In this document: positions 25,096 to 37,200 of the stretch, one piece after another | How positions within the stretch are numbered: position 1 is the stretch's first letter | How the letters are laid out: each line of letters begins with the position of its first letter | NCBI RefSeq assembly: GCF_963921235.1 | Contig: NC_086097.1 | Coordinates: 65,784,001-65,848,000, forward strand | Direction: 5' to 3' | Length of the DNA stretch: 64,000 nt | Source: Mobula hypostoma | Lineage: Eukaryota | Notes under the pieces: model-generated | The model's database searches: none | What the model was told of the DNA's origin: nothing | What the model saw: the letters and a program-made list of their open reading frames with translations, nothing else | Program-made: the position numbers and the translations under genes

Positions 25096-26449
25096 AACAT
25101 TTCAATGTAAATCTTGGGCAGTGTGTACATTGTAACTTGGTTTAAGGTAACTTGCAAATTTTCTTTGATTTAAGTAGCTCATTGTTGAATTGTATTTAAA
25201 TGAGACATTCATGCAGAGAGAAGTACTTGCTATGTAATTTACTTATTTTCCCACAACTTTTCTATGTTATTTAGTACAATTTCCTTCCCACCCCCTAAAC
25301 AAACAGGTGACTCCATAGATCCTGCAATAAATGCACAAGTGGATCTCACAATAGAATTTGCATTGATGTCTGTCAGGAATATTGTATTCTAATAAAGTCC
25401 CCTGACACTGGCTACAACTGGTTAGAAAGGAATGTAACTTGGCAACCCTAGTTCCAGCACTTATACAAGACCAACACAGCACTCCAGCTGCCGTCCCGTC
25501 AGAACACTATCTAACTGAAGCATAACCTCCATTCATTGGTGTTCATATTCTGATAGCATTTCCAATAATTTGTTCAACCTTACATACTAGTCTTTTGCAG
25601 ATTATGCACTTGAACTCTCAGATAATGCTGCACCTTAGTTCTGTAATCTCTCATTTTTCAGTTTTTATTACCATAATGGACAATTTGTAGTTTTGAATAT
25701 TATAATCCATTTCTGGATCTTTGCCCAATCTATATCTCATTTATAGTCATCAAAGACTTCGGAACTGTAATGTGGCAAGTAAATAATTACTTAACTTCAC
25801 CTGCACTAAGAATGCTGTTTGTTAATCTGCTCTTGCAAATTTGTGTCTTGAACATTTATATCCTTGATTTTTAGATGGATAGTTTTTACCCTGTCTTTGC
25901 TCCCTTCCCTTTGCAGATACATTGACTTCACTGCAACACTATTTTTGTTGGTATGTCATTCTCAGCAGTGCTTTTTCATCTAACAATCTTGTCTTCTATT
26001 CTGAGAACAACTTTCACTACCCTAGTCCAGATATTTCATGTCAGGGGTAAGATCATATTAATGATTAACAATATTCATTTGATTACCACAGATGTCTTTA
26101 TTACATAGCATTAGAAAGAATGTGGATTCTGATGATGCTGTTCTATCCATAAGATGTCCTAATGGGCTCATTTGCAGTTAATTTTTTTTTGAATTACATG
26201 GTTTTTCTATAGACATAAGTTTCAAACAATTTGTTCAGTGCATGTTTCTATACACAAAGTAACAAAGTATAACCAACAACAGCAACTTGCATTTATATAG
26301 CACGATTAACAGAGCATACAGCTGAAGGCACTTTACAGGAACCTGTCAGATGGGGCTGTCCCCCGTGTTAAAGTAATTTTTGGGTTTAGGTCAAATGCCC
26401 GATATCTGGACACCTCCGTAAAGAACCAAGCTGCCAGAATGTTATTAAG

Positions 26450-27726
26450 TATAATGTGAGCTGCTTTAATTGCCTGGTAGCACTCACATCTACAATGATG
26501 AAATGCTTTGAGAGGTTGGTCATGACTAGAATGAACTCCTGCCTCAGCAAGGACCTGGGCCCACTGCAATTTGCCTATTGCCACAATAGGTCAACGACAG
26601 ACGCATTCTCAATAGCTCTTCACTCAGCCTTAGACCACCTGGACAATACAAACGCCTATGTCAGGATGCTGTTCATTGACTATAGCTCAGCATTTAACAC
26701 CATCATTCCTACAATTTTGATTTATAAGTTACAGAACCTGGGCCTCTGTACCGCCCTCTGCAATTGGACCCTTGACTTCCTAACCGGAAGACCACAATCT
26801 GTGGGGATTGGTGATAACATCTCCTCCTCACTGGCGATCAACAGTGGTGCACCTCAGGGGTGTGTGCTTAGCCCACTGCTCTACTCTCTCTATATCCATG
26901 ACTGTGTGGCTAAGCACAGCTCAAATGCCATCTATAATTTTGCTAATGATACAACCACTGTTGGTAGAATCTCAGATGGAGACAAGAGGGCATACAGGAG
27001 TGAGATATGCCGACTGGTGGAGTGGTGTCACAGCAACAACCTTGCACTTAACATCTGTAAGACAGAAGAGCTAATTGTGGACTTCAGGAAGGGTAAGACA
27101 AAGGAACACATACCAATCCTCATAGAAGGATCAGAAGTGGAGAGAGTGAGCAATTTCAAGTTCCTGGGTGGCAAGGTCTCTGAGGATCTAATCTGGTCCC
27201 AACATATTGATGCAGTTATGAAGAAGGCAAGTCAGCGGCTATACTTCATTAGGAGTTTGGAGAAATTTGGTATGTCAACAAAAACACTCAAAAACTTCTG
27301 CAGATGTACTGTGGAGAGCACTTAGTCAACTCTATCTTGGGTACTAGCCTACAAAAGTACCCAGGACATCAGTGTCTCAGAAAGACAGAGTCCATTATTA
27401 AGGACCACAGCACCCAGGGCATGCCCTTTTCTCACTGTTACCATCAGGTATGAGGTACAGAAGCCCAAAGGCACACACTCAGCGATTCAGAAACACCTTC
27501 TTCCCCTCTGCCATTCAATTCCTAAATGGACTTTGAACCCGTGAACACTCCCTCACTTTTTCTGTTTTGCATGATTTTTAATCTATTCAATATACATATA
27601 CTGTAATTGATTTACTTATTATTGTTATTTTTCTTCTTCTATAATTATGTATTGCATTGAACTGCTGCTGCTGTTAACAAATTTCATGACACCTGCCGGT
27701 GATAATAAACCTGATTCTGATTCTGA
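26450..27726 (+). mobile_element. 5'-truncated Rex1/Babar LINE
   Basis: 289-aa ORF with [46 protein letters not shown]; tail aataaacctgattctgattctga. Confidence 0.88.
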
Positions 27727-28899
27727 ATGGTAGAACTAGTGTCCTCTCTCCATTCACTTCTAGTACTTTTTTCTTCCTATCATGCTTTTTCATTTTCAAT
27801 GCCACTTGTTATTATACTGTATCTCCAAAAGCCAGTGCCTCAGGAAGGTGACATCCATCATTAAGGAGTTGCCCTCTACTCATTATTACCACTGAGGAAG
27901 AGGTACAGGAGCCTGAAGACATACTCAACATGTTTGGAATAGCTTATTCCCCTCTACTATCAGATTGCTGAACATTACTTAGCCATTCCTGTTTTGTACT
28001 ATTTATTTTGTGTTTTTTTTGTAACATAGTACTTTTTATGTCTTGTACGCTACTGCTGACACAAAACAGCAAATTTCACAACGTATGTCAATGATGATAA
28101 ACTTGATTCTGATATTTAGGCAAAATAGGCAAAATTGACTGAAGGGTGCCTGTAAAAATATAATCTGTTCAACACCAAGGAATGGCCTGTACATATTCAA
28201 AAAGCCAAGTTTTAAAGATTGCCTTAGAAGCTAAGAGAAAAATAGAAAGTCTTAGGGGTTTAGAAACTTGACAGCAAAAGATAGGGCCTTCAGTATGGTA
28301 TGACTGGATTTGGGAATGATAGGGGCAGAATAACAGCTGCACAGCCAAGAGAGAGAGAGAGAGGACTGGAAGAGATTATAATTTTGGCCAAAAGTGAGTT
28401 GGAATTATTTGGTAATCCAAACTAGATTTCTTGATTCATAATAGTCTTAAACTCGCCAATCACCAGCAACTAAATTCATTCTTACCTGGGGTAACTCGGA
28501 GTCAGACAACTCAAAAATTGCCCCTTTAGCCCATCATAATCATGCTGATCAACTCCAGGGGCAATGTTCCTCAACTGTCCTGCCCTTAACTGACCATTGA
28601 GACATCTGCATTGCATGGCCTTTTTGGCTAAAATTGGCCAACAGAATTGCATTGATCTCAAAATGCCCATCAACATAACTGGCTGTTGGAAAATTAATTT
28701 TTGTTTGTCACATTCATAAACATTCAATACTATTTTAATAAATAAATATGCTATCAGAAGTTTTTTCTAATTCATGACAAAAATGCAAACCAATTATTTT
28801 TTAAAATAATTAAACATTAAAAGCATGACAAAGTGCTTAATTTTAAATTATTCCAAGGAACTTAAAAAAATCACAAAGGACCTTTTACTTGCCCTTCTC

Positions 28900-29465
28900 T
28901 GACACAGCCATTCTTCTCTTTTCAAATGTAAGGATTTGCAGTTCTTGCATCAGATATCTCGTTCCCCAGGAGCAGTGGGTGAATTTTGCATTGCTGGGAA
29001 AGAGCAGTGGAAGTTCACTAGACTAATTCATGTGATGGCGGCACTGTTATTTGAAGCAGGATTGGTTCAAACAAGTCGGCATTCGATGTAGTTTAGAAGA
29101 ATGAGAGGAAATTGCATTGAAATGCAAAAAAAATGTCAAATATGGCTTGACAAACTGCATTTAGAGAGAGAGTATTTCTCCTGCTGGGAAATCTTAAATT
29201 GTGGATCACAGTCTCAGGATGACGGGTAAGATGCTAAAGACTCAGATTAGAAGAAATTTTCTTTACCACAAAATGCTGTAGAGACCAAGTTGTTAAATAT
29301 TTTTATGAAGGAGTTGGATTTCCTGACACAAAGTACATCAAGGAGTGTGGGGAGAGTAGGGAAATGTAGTATTAAGATACACAATAGGCCACAATTGATT
29401 TGAATGGGAATGGTAGCGCAAATCTGAAGGGTTTAAGTGTCCTCATCCTTCACCTATTTCTCTAT
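28900..29465 (+). mobile_element. Highly decayed CR1 3' fragment
   Basis: Recognisable similarity to the CR1 3' region and tail (cctatttctctatg). Confidence 0.55.
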
Positions 29466-29731
29466 GATATGGTTCTGTAATCTGTTGCCGCATTTTCTTA
29501 CTATGGGTGCAAGGATGCACCAGTCACACCTACCAATTCTACCAAAGTCAATGCAGATCGGAATAGTTCTTTGATAGTTTGGAAATGCATCTAAAGCTCT
29601 TTAAAACTATAATTATTTCATAATTCATTTGCTGTAGCCGACAGCCAGTCTGTCAAGTGCAAATCTATTCATATCTCACAACACTTGTTAATTGATATGT
29701 ATTTTCTCATTGGCTGCCTTTGTTTTCATAG

Positions 29732-29861
29732 TTTTAGTTGAAGAAATATATCGTGCACAAAGTGAACGGGATGCAGCTGTTATGTCCAGACTCCGTCTAG
29801 CCAATGAGGAAAGAGATGAAGCACTTTTGAAAAGTAAACAGCTGGAACAGGCCTTTGAGGG
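29732..29861 (+). CDS. MIPOL1: MIPOL1 coding exon (VLVEEIYRAQSERDAAVMSRLRLANEERDEALLKSKQLEQAFEG)
   Basis: ttttcatag| acceptor and gg|gtatgt donor; phase 1 to 2; matches recalled MIPOL1 LVEEVY.AQ.ERD.AVMSRL.LA.EERDEA. Confidence 0.93.
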
Positions 29862-31711
29862 GTATGTGTGTCAAATTTTTTTTTATTTTTCAGACATAAG
29901 AGTAATATTCTGAATTAAGCTGGAACTGATACAAGTGCACTCCTTGCAGAACTCCCAATTAATTAGTGTACTTATTTTTACTGACATCCTCGATCCAGAT
30001 AAATATTATACTCAGTGCCAAAGGTATTCAATGATATGGCTAAAATATTATGCTTGTACTTTTTACACTCTTTTGTTCTTGCACTATTCAATTAATTAGA
30101 AGACAAGAAATTTGGAGTTAACATTTTTGGTACAATGCTACTCTACTATCCAAACAAAACTTAATTAAATTCAATGTAAGAGCAGTATGTAGTCTGCAAT
30201 CTGCAGTTATATTTAAGAAAAAGGATCCAAAGTATGAATTATTCGCAAATAAAGTAAATTGCAAAGAAGATAAAGGTACATTTAAAGAAATATATATTCT
30301 GGTTTTATTTATACACCAAAACTCCCCAGTGGGTTCTTAAGTTTTCACAAAATGATTTGAACAAAGGTATTTTCTGAATGGAAAGAAAATCACAAGGCTA
30401 CTAAACAGGCAGTCAGACTGCTAAGTAGCTGCTCTACCTGACTCTGCTTTGGACACTTTTAACTTGCACTGGACACTTATAACTTGATTTTAACTGACAT
30501 GTGGCTGTTGTGTTTTACTATTTATTGCTATGTTTATTATTTAGTGTTGCGTTTGTTATGTTATGATTGCACTGCTCCTGGGAAACGCTGTCTCACTCTG
30601 CCCTGCAGAGCTGATGTATGGTTAGAATGACAATAAAGTTTTTTGAATCTTGAATAAATTACTTTAGTTATTTAATAGAATACAGGATTCTTTTTTGAAA
30701 TGGTATTACTGAACACTTCCTAACCAAAGGGGAGGGTACAAAGTTAAAAACCCTGTGCCAGTCTTTATCAAAAAATATCAAAAGTTTGTCATTTTGGAAA
30801 AGGATGCAGATATCTTTCAATAATGCCAAGCTTTTCAAAAAATTTGTCATTTCTTTTGAGCTTGTTCACAAATCTCATTCTTTCTCCTGTCTTTGAACTA
30901 ATTAAGCACTAGAGCACCCAAGTGCCTCTACTTCCTCAGGTGGTTAAAGAAATTTGTCATGTCCCTCACCAATATTTATTGATGCTCCAGGGAATGCCTT
31001 CCATCCCGATGCACTATGGCTTGGTATGGCAACTACTCTACCTGAGCAGCACTCCATGTACCTGTGCTCAGTGGTGGAGAATGCTTTGCCTGCAATGTAT
31101 CCACCACGTTCTGTAGACATTTCCATTCCTGGTCATTGTTGTTGCCATACTAGGCCTTAATGTTAAAATGCTCTCCACTGTGCATCAATAGAAGTTTGTT
31201 GAAGTATTTGGTGACATGTCAAATCTACACAAGCTTCTAAGAAAGTGGAGACACTGTTGTGTCATCTTTGTGATGGCACTTGTATGCTGGTCCCAGGACA
31301 GATCGTCTGATTTGATAATGCCAAAGAATTTAAAGCCACTGTCCTTCTCTACTTCTAATCCCCTGATGTGGACTGGCTCATGGACCCCCAGTTTCTTTCT
31401 CCTGTAGTTTTTAATCAGCTCTTTAGTTTTGCTAATGTTGAATAAGAGGTTGTAGTTATGGCACCATTCAACCAAATTTTCAGTCTCCCTCCTATATGCC
31501 GATTAGTCTCCACCTTTGATTTGGCCAGCAACAGAAGTGTCAACAACAATTTTAAATATGGCATTAGAGTTGTACTTAGCCACACAATGATAGGTATACA
31601 GTGGGGCTAGGCAGACAGCCTTGTGATACACCTATGCAGGTGGTGATTGTGGAGGAACACTCACAACACGCTGGAGGAACTCAGCAGGTCGGGCAGCATC
31701 CATGGAAATGA

Positions 31712-31751
31712 TCAGTCAACGTTTCAGGCTGGAACCCTTCGTCAGGGCTGA
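31712..31751 (-). ncRNA. Minimal type-I hammerhead ribozyme motif (PLE)
   Basis: The minus strand reads UCAGCC-CUGACGA-A-GGGUUCCAGCCU-GAAAC-GUU-GACUGA (one stem I mismatch). Confidence 0.65.
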
Positions 31752-32335
31752 AGAGAGAAGGGGCAGAGGCCCTATAAAGAAGGTGGGGGGAGGGTGGGAA
31801 GGAGAAGGCTGGAGTCTACCTAGACAGTATATGAGGTGTTGCTCCTCCAACCTGAGTTTAGCCTCATCATGGCAGTAGAGGAGGCCATGTATGGACATAT
31901 CCGAATGGGAATGGGAAGCAGAGTTGAAGTGAGTGGCTACTGGGAGATCCTGGCGGATGGAGCGGAGGTGCTCGACAAAGTGGTCCCCCAATCTGCATCG
32001 GGTTTCACCAATGTAGAGGAGGCCGCACCGTGAGCACCTTGGTATGAACATCGAATTCTCCAACTCCTGGTAATTCCCTCCCCCTCCCTTCCCCTATCTC
32101 TATTTCACTCTGCCCCCTTCCCCAGCTGCCTATCGCCTCCCTCATGGTTCCGCTTCCTTCGACTACCCATTGTGTTTTCCCCTATTCCTTCTTCACCTTT
32201 CCTGCCCATCACCTTCCTGCTTCCCCTCCCCCACCCCTTTATCTTTCCCCTTACTAGTTTTTCACCTGGAACCTACCAGCCTTCTCCTTCCCACCCTCCC
32301 CCACCTTCTTTATAGGGCCTCTGCCCCTTCCCTCT

Positions 32336-32375
32336 TCAGTCCTGACGAAGGGTTCTGGCCCGAAACGTTGACTGA
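32336..32375 (+). ncRNA. Minimal type-I hammerhead ribozyme motif (PLE), best-formed copy
   Basis: UCAGUC-CUGACGA-A-GGGU(UCUG)GCCC-GAAAC-GUU-GACUGA; 6-bp stem I and 4-bp stem II. Confidence 0.8.
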
Positions 32376-32857
32376 TCATTTCCACGGATGCTGCCCGACC
32401 TACTGAGTTCCTCCAGTATGTTGTGAGTGTTGCTTTGACCCCAGCATCTGCAGATTATTTTATGTTTGTGATTGTGGAGGAGATGTTTTTGCCAATCTGT
32501 CCTGACTGCGGTTTGCAAGTGGGGAAATCAAGGATCCAAGAGACTGAGGACAAACACTCAGCGATTCAGGAACAGTTTCTTCTCCTCTGCCTTCCGATTC
32601 CTAAATGGACATTAAACCCATAAACATTACCTCACTTTTCAATATTATTTCTGTTTTGCGTTATTTTAAATCTAACTATTTAATATACATGTATATACTT
32701 GCTGTAATTGATTTACTGATTTTTTTTTTACTTTCTATATTATCATATGTTGTACTGCTGCTACTATAAAGTTCCACAGTTCCCAGCTTGCCAGAAAGGG
32801 CACTCAAGTTTCCATGAGTGATAAATGCTAAATATTTCACTCTGAATTTAAAGTCAG

Positions 32858-33891
32858 AGATAACATATCCTCCTTGCTGACGATCAATACTGGCACACCT
32901 CAGGGGTGTGTGCTAGGCCCACTACTCTACTCTCTGTATACACATGACTGTGTGGCTATGCATAGCTGAAATACCATCTATAAATTTGCTGACGGTATAG
33001 CCATTGTTGGCAGAGTCTCAGGTGGTGACGAGAGGACGTACAGGAGTGAGATATGCCAACTAGTGGAATGGTGCCGCAGCAACAACCTGACACTCTATGT
33101 TAGTAACATGAAAGAGCTGATTGTGGACTTCAGGAAGGGTAACACAAAGGAACACATACCAATCCTCACAGAGGGATCAGAGGTGGAGAGAGTGAGCAGC
33201 TTTAAGTTCCTGGGTGTCAAGATCTCTGAGGATCTAACCTGGTCCCAACATATCAGTGTAGTTATAAAGAAGGCAAGACAGCGGCTATACTTTATTGGGA
33301 GTTTGAAGAGATTTGGCATGTCAACAAATACACTCAAAAACTTATATAGTTGTACTGTGGAGAGCATTCTGACAAGCTGCATCACTGTCTGGTATGGAGA
33401 GGCTACTGCACAGAGGCTACCGAAAGAAGCTGCAGAAGGCTATAAATCTAGTCAACTCCATCTTGGGCACTAGCCTGCAAAGTACCCAGGATATCGTTAG
33501 GGAGCTGTGTCTCAGAAAGGTAGCGTCCATTATTAAGGGCCTCCAGCACCCAGAGCATGTTACTATCAGGCAGGAGGTACAGAAGCCTGAAGGCACACAC
33601 TTAGCGATTCAGGAACAGCTTCTTCCCCCTCTGCTGTTCGATTCCTAAATGGACATTGAAGCTTTGGACATTACCTTACTTTTTTAAAAATATACAGTAT
33701 TTCTGTTTTTGCATGTTTTTTAATCTATTCAATATACATAATTGATTGACTTGTTAATTTATTATGTTATATTTTATTTATTATTATTATTTTTTCTCTC
33801 TGTTAGATTATGTATTGCATTGAACTGCTGCTGTTAAGTTAACAAATTTCACATCTCATACTGGTGATAATAAACCTGATTCTGATTCTGA
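32858..33891 (+). mobile_element. 5'-truncated Rex1/Babar LINE
   Basis: [26 protein letters not shown]; same (attctg)n tail as 26450-27726. Confidence 0.85.
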
Positions 33892-34290
33892 ATTACATCA
33901 GCACTGGGATGTCTTGCAAAATGCTTTCTTCTTATTTGTGTTTATTTAACATGTTTTTTGCTGATATATTTTGCACTGTTGAAAGTTGTTAGAGTAGATG
34001 ATGAGACATAGAATTGCAGTTGCATATATATGATGAATTTTATTTTATTTTTAATGCAAATTTTGCATTTTTGAAACATGCATTTTTAAGGAATCAAACT
34101 TGAAAGCACTCCATGCAGAATTCCATCAAATGTAAAGTATGACATTATTGAAAGATACCTGCATCCTTTTTCAATGTTAGTCTTAATATAGTTGTTATTC
34201 ACTTGAATCATCATCTTTCCTTTTAAAAGAACTACATGATGTAATATATCCACATTAATATACAGTTTGTATATTGAAATGTTCTAAGAC

Positions 34291-37200
34291 TGAGCCGTTG
34301 GCAGCTGATGGAGTAACATATTTGATTGCTCCTACCCTATTTACTTTATTGTCTCCTACCAGTATTTTTTTTGAAACCTTATTATAGTACTTTAATACTG
34401 CTCTACTATGGCTGGGAAAAGAACAAAAACTTCTGCAAAAGAATGAGAAACAGAAGATGAACCCCCAGTCACTTTGGATTCAATCAGTGACTTCCTTAAA
34501 CTGCAAAAATCCGAATTTTCCGAGGAGTTTCAACGACTTAATGGCAAATTGGATACAATCCGACAACCTTTAACTGAGCATGAGAACCGAAGTCAGGAAA
34601 ATACTGCAAAGCTGGTGACTCTTGAAGAGGATCTTGAAGATAAATTTAAACTCTGCAAAGAGTTATCCTTATCCAATGAAAAAATGATGAAAAGGATTAT
34701 CAGTCTAGAAAATAGAAACAGGAGAAATAATTTGCGAATTCTGGGTCTTGAAGAATTAATTGAAGGTGCTGACCCTCTGAAGTTCTTTGCAAACTTTCTG
34801 AAACAGCTATTCCCTGTTCTATTCACTTCTGAGCCAAAGCTCGATAGAGCATATCGCTTGCCGACTTCAAAGCCATTGTCAACGGCAGTGAGACCCAGGT
34901 CAGTCATTCTAATTTTTCATGAATTTCGTATTAAGGACCTTTTAATTTGCCATACCTGTCGACAAGGAATGATCGATTTCCATAGTTACAAGGTCAGATT
35001 TGAGGAAGATTATTCGCCTGAAGTTATGGCTGATCGTATGAAATATAAAGAAGTTATGTCAGAATTTTATAATAAAGAATTTAAACCATCCCTTTGATTT
35101 CCCGCTCGTCTGAGTATTGTTTTGAAGAATGGATTGCTAAAAAGAACAAAGTTGGTTGAAGACGCGAAGGAGTTTCTGAAGGATGAAGTCTGAAACTCTT
35201 ATATTTCTTACTTGATCAATTTTTTCCTCTATTAATATGAATTTGAAATAAGGTTTCAATAAGCTTACATTTTGGCTGTTCATATATTGTCTTTTGTTAT
35301 ATATTTTTTGATACTTTTTATTACATCCCTTTTTGAGGCTTTATTTTAAAATAGCTTTCTTTGAATTTGTTTAAACTGATCCTTTTATATTTTTGAATAC
35401 TGAGTTATTTTTCTTTTTATGTTGTGTCTTGGTAGGGACATATTTGACCTTGTAGGACCGGAATTTCTGTCAACAGGATTTTTTGGGGAGGGAACTTAAT
35501 TGTTAGCTCGCTGACTGTCTATTGGTCAGCTTTCTTGCTTTAGGTGGAGGAGACACTCGGGCCTATTTCTCTCTGGGTGCTGTGTTGGGTTGATTATATG
35601 ATTTCCTGTTTGACTACCTTACCTTACGGTTTGCTTTCTAGCTTTAATAACTTATGGCCAGATCTTTTAATTACATGATGATTTGTATTTAAAATGGTTT
35701 GAAATATTAACTTATTTAGTTTGAATGTGAAAGGGCTGAATCACCCCACTAAACGGAACAAAGTGTTTGCTTATATTAAAAAATTAAAAGCACCCATTAT
35801 TTTCTTACAAGAAACGCACATAAACAGCTGTTTTAGCTTACGTTTTTTTACTTGGAAGGATATGCAATTCCATTCTTCGTTTAATGCAAAATCACATGGA
35901 GTTTCCATTTTTGTAGATAATACAGTTTCCTTTGTTCAGCATAAAGTTGTTTTGGATTCTAATGGTCAATCTGTTATTGTATCAGGGAGTTTAGACAGTA
36001 AATTGATTGTTTTCGCTAATGTATATGCCCCCAACGTAGACGATCCAAGATTTTCTCTTGTGATGGGAGGAGATTTTAACTACTGATTAGATCCAATATT
36101 AAATCGCTCATCTGTCAAACCAGCTACACTTAATAAATCAGCTTTGTTTATCCAATCCTTTCTAACTAAATGTGGTATAGTTGATGCTTTGCGTTTTCTT
36201 CATCTGATGGACAGGGAGTATTCTTTTTTTCTCTCATGTCCATCATTTTTATACCAGGATTGATTTTTTTTTATTGACAGTCAAATGATTCCATTGGTTG
36301 GATCGATCGAATACAGAGATTGCTATTTCTGACCACTCTCCTGTACTTCTATCTTTAAATCTCCCTGGTCCTATCCCTATGAGTAAATTTTGATGATTTA
36401 ATTTAACTCTGTTATCCGATGAGGACTTTTTAAAATTTATGAAGAATCAAATTACTCTTCTTTTTGAAGAAAATACATTGGAAGAGACGCCTAGTATTAT
36501 TATATGGGATACTTTTAAAGCATATATCCGGGGTCAAATTATTTCCTATACTGCAAACATCATTAAAAAAGCTAACAAAGAGAGAAACGAACTAGCTAAT
36601 CAGTTAAAGCAAATGGACCATAAATATGCTTCAGTACCTGATCCTGAAACATATAAGAGATGTATTGAAACCAAAACTAAATATGATCTTCTTTTAACGT
36701 ATCCAATTGAAAGCCAACTTTTAGAAGCTAGAAGTCAATTTTATATTCATGGATATAAAACTGGTAAGCTACTGGCTAATGAATTGAAGCCATTTATAGC
36801 CAAGCGGCAAATTAAAGAAATATGTAAAATTAATGGGGATATGACAACTGACCACTTTGAAATTAATGACACTTTTAGGGAATTTTATTCCAAACTGTAT
36901 AGTTTTGACTCTGTTAAGGATAATATTGCAATGAATAATTTTTTAGATCAATTAAATATTCCTAATCTTTCGATAGATGATCGTAGGCAATTGGATCAAC
37001 TTATTTCCCAGGAGGAAATTGCTCAGGCTATTCGAGAATTACATTCTGGGAAATCCCCAGGACCCAATGGATTCTCTGGAGAGTTTTGTGAGGCGTTTTC
37101 CTCCTTGCTTATACCACACTTATGTTCTACCCTTACAGATTCCTTTAAGGGAGGAACATTACCGCAGTCTTTTTACGAAGCTTCCATTTCGCTTATTCTC

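Larger units (their letters stand above)
31657..32467. mobile_element. Short Penelope-like insertion with inverted termini
   Basis: 14-bp TSD gtgattgtggagga (31643-31656, 32468-32481); ~155-bp inverted ends; antisense GIY-YIG fragment RCSRCGLLYIGET. Confidence 0.9.
30950..32540 (-). mobile_element. Rex1/Babar LINE fragment, host of a PLE insertion
   Basis: ORF 31185-31475 VEWCH..NISKTKELI..FKFFG; the sequence resumes after 32467. Confidence 0.75.
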
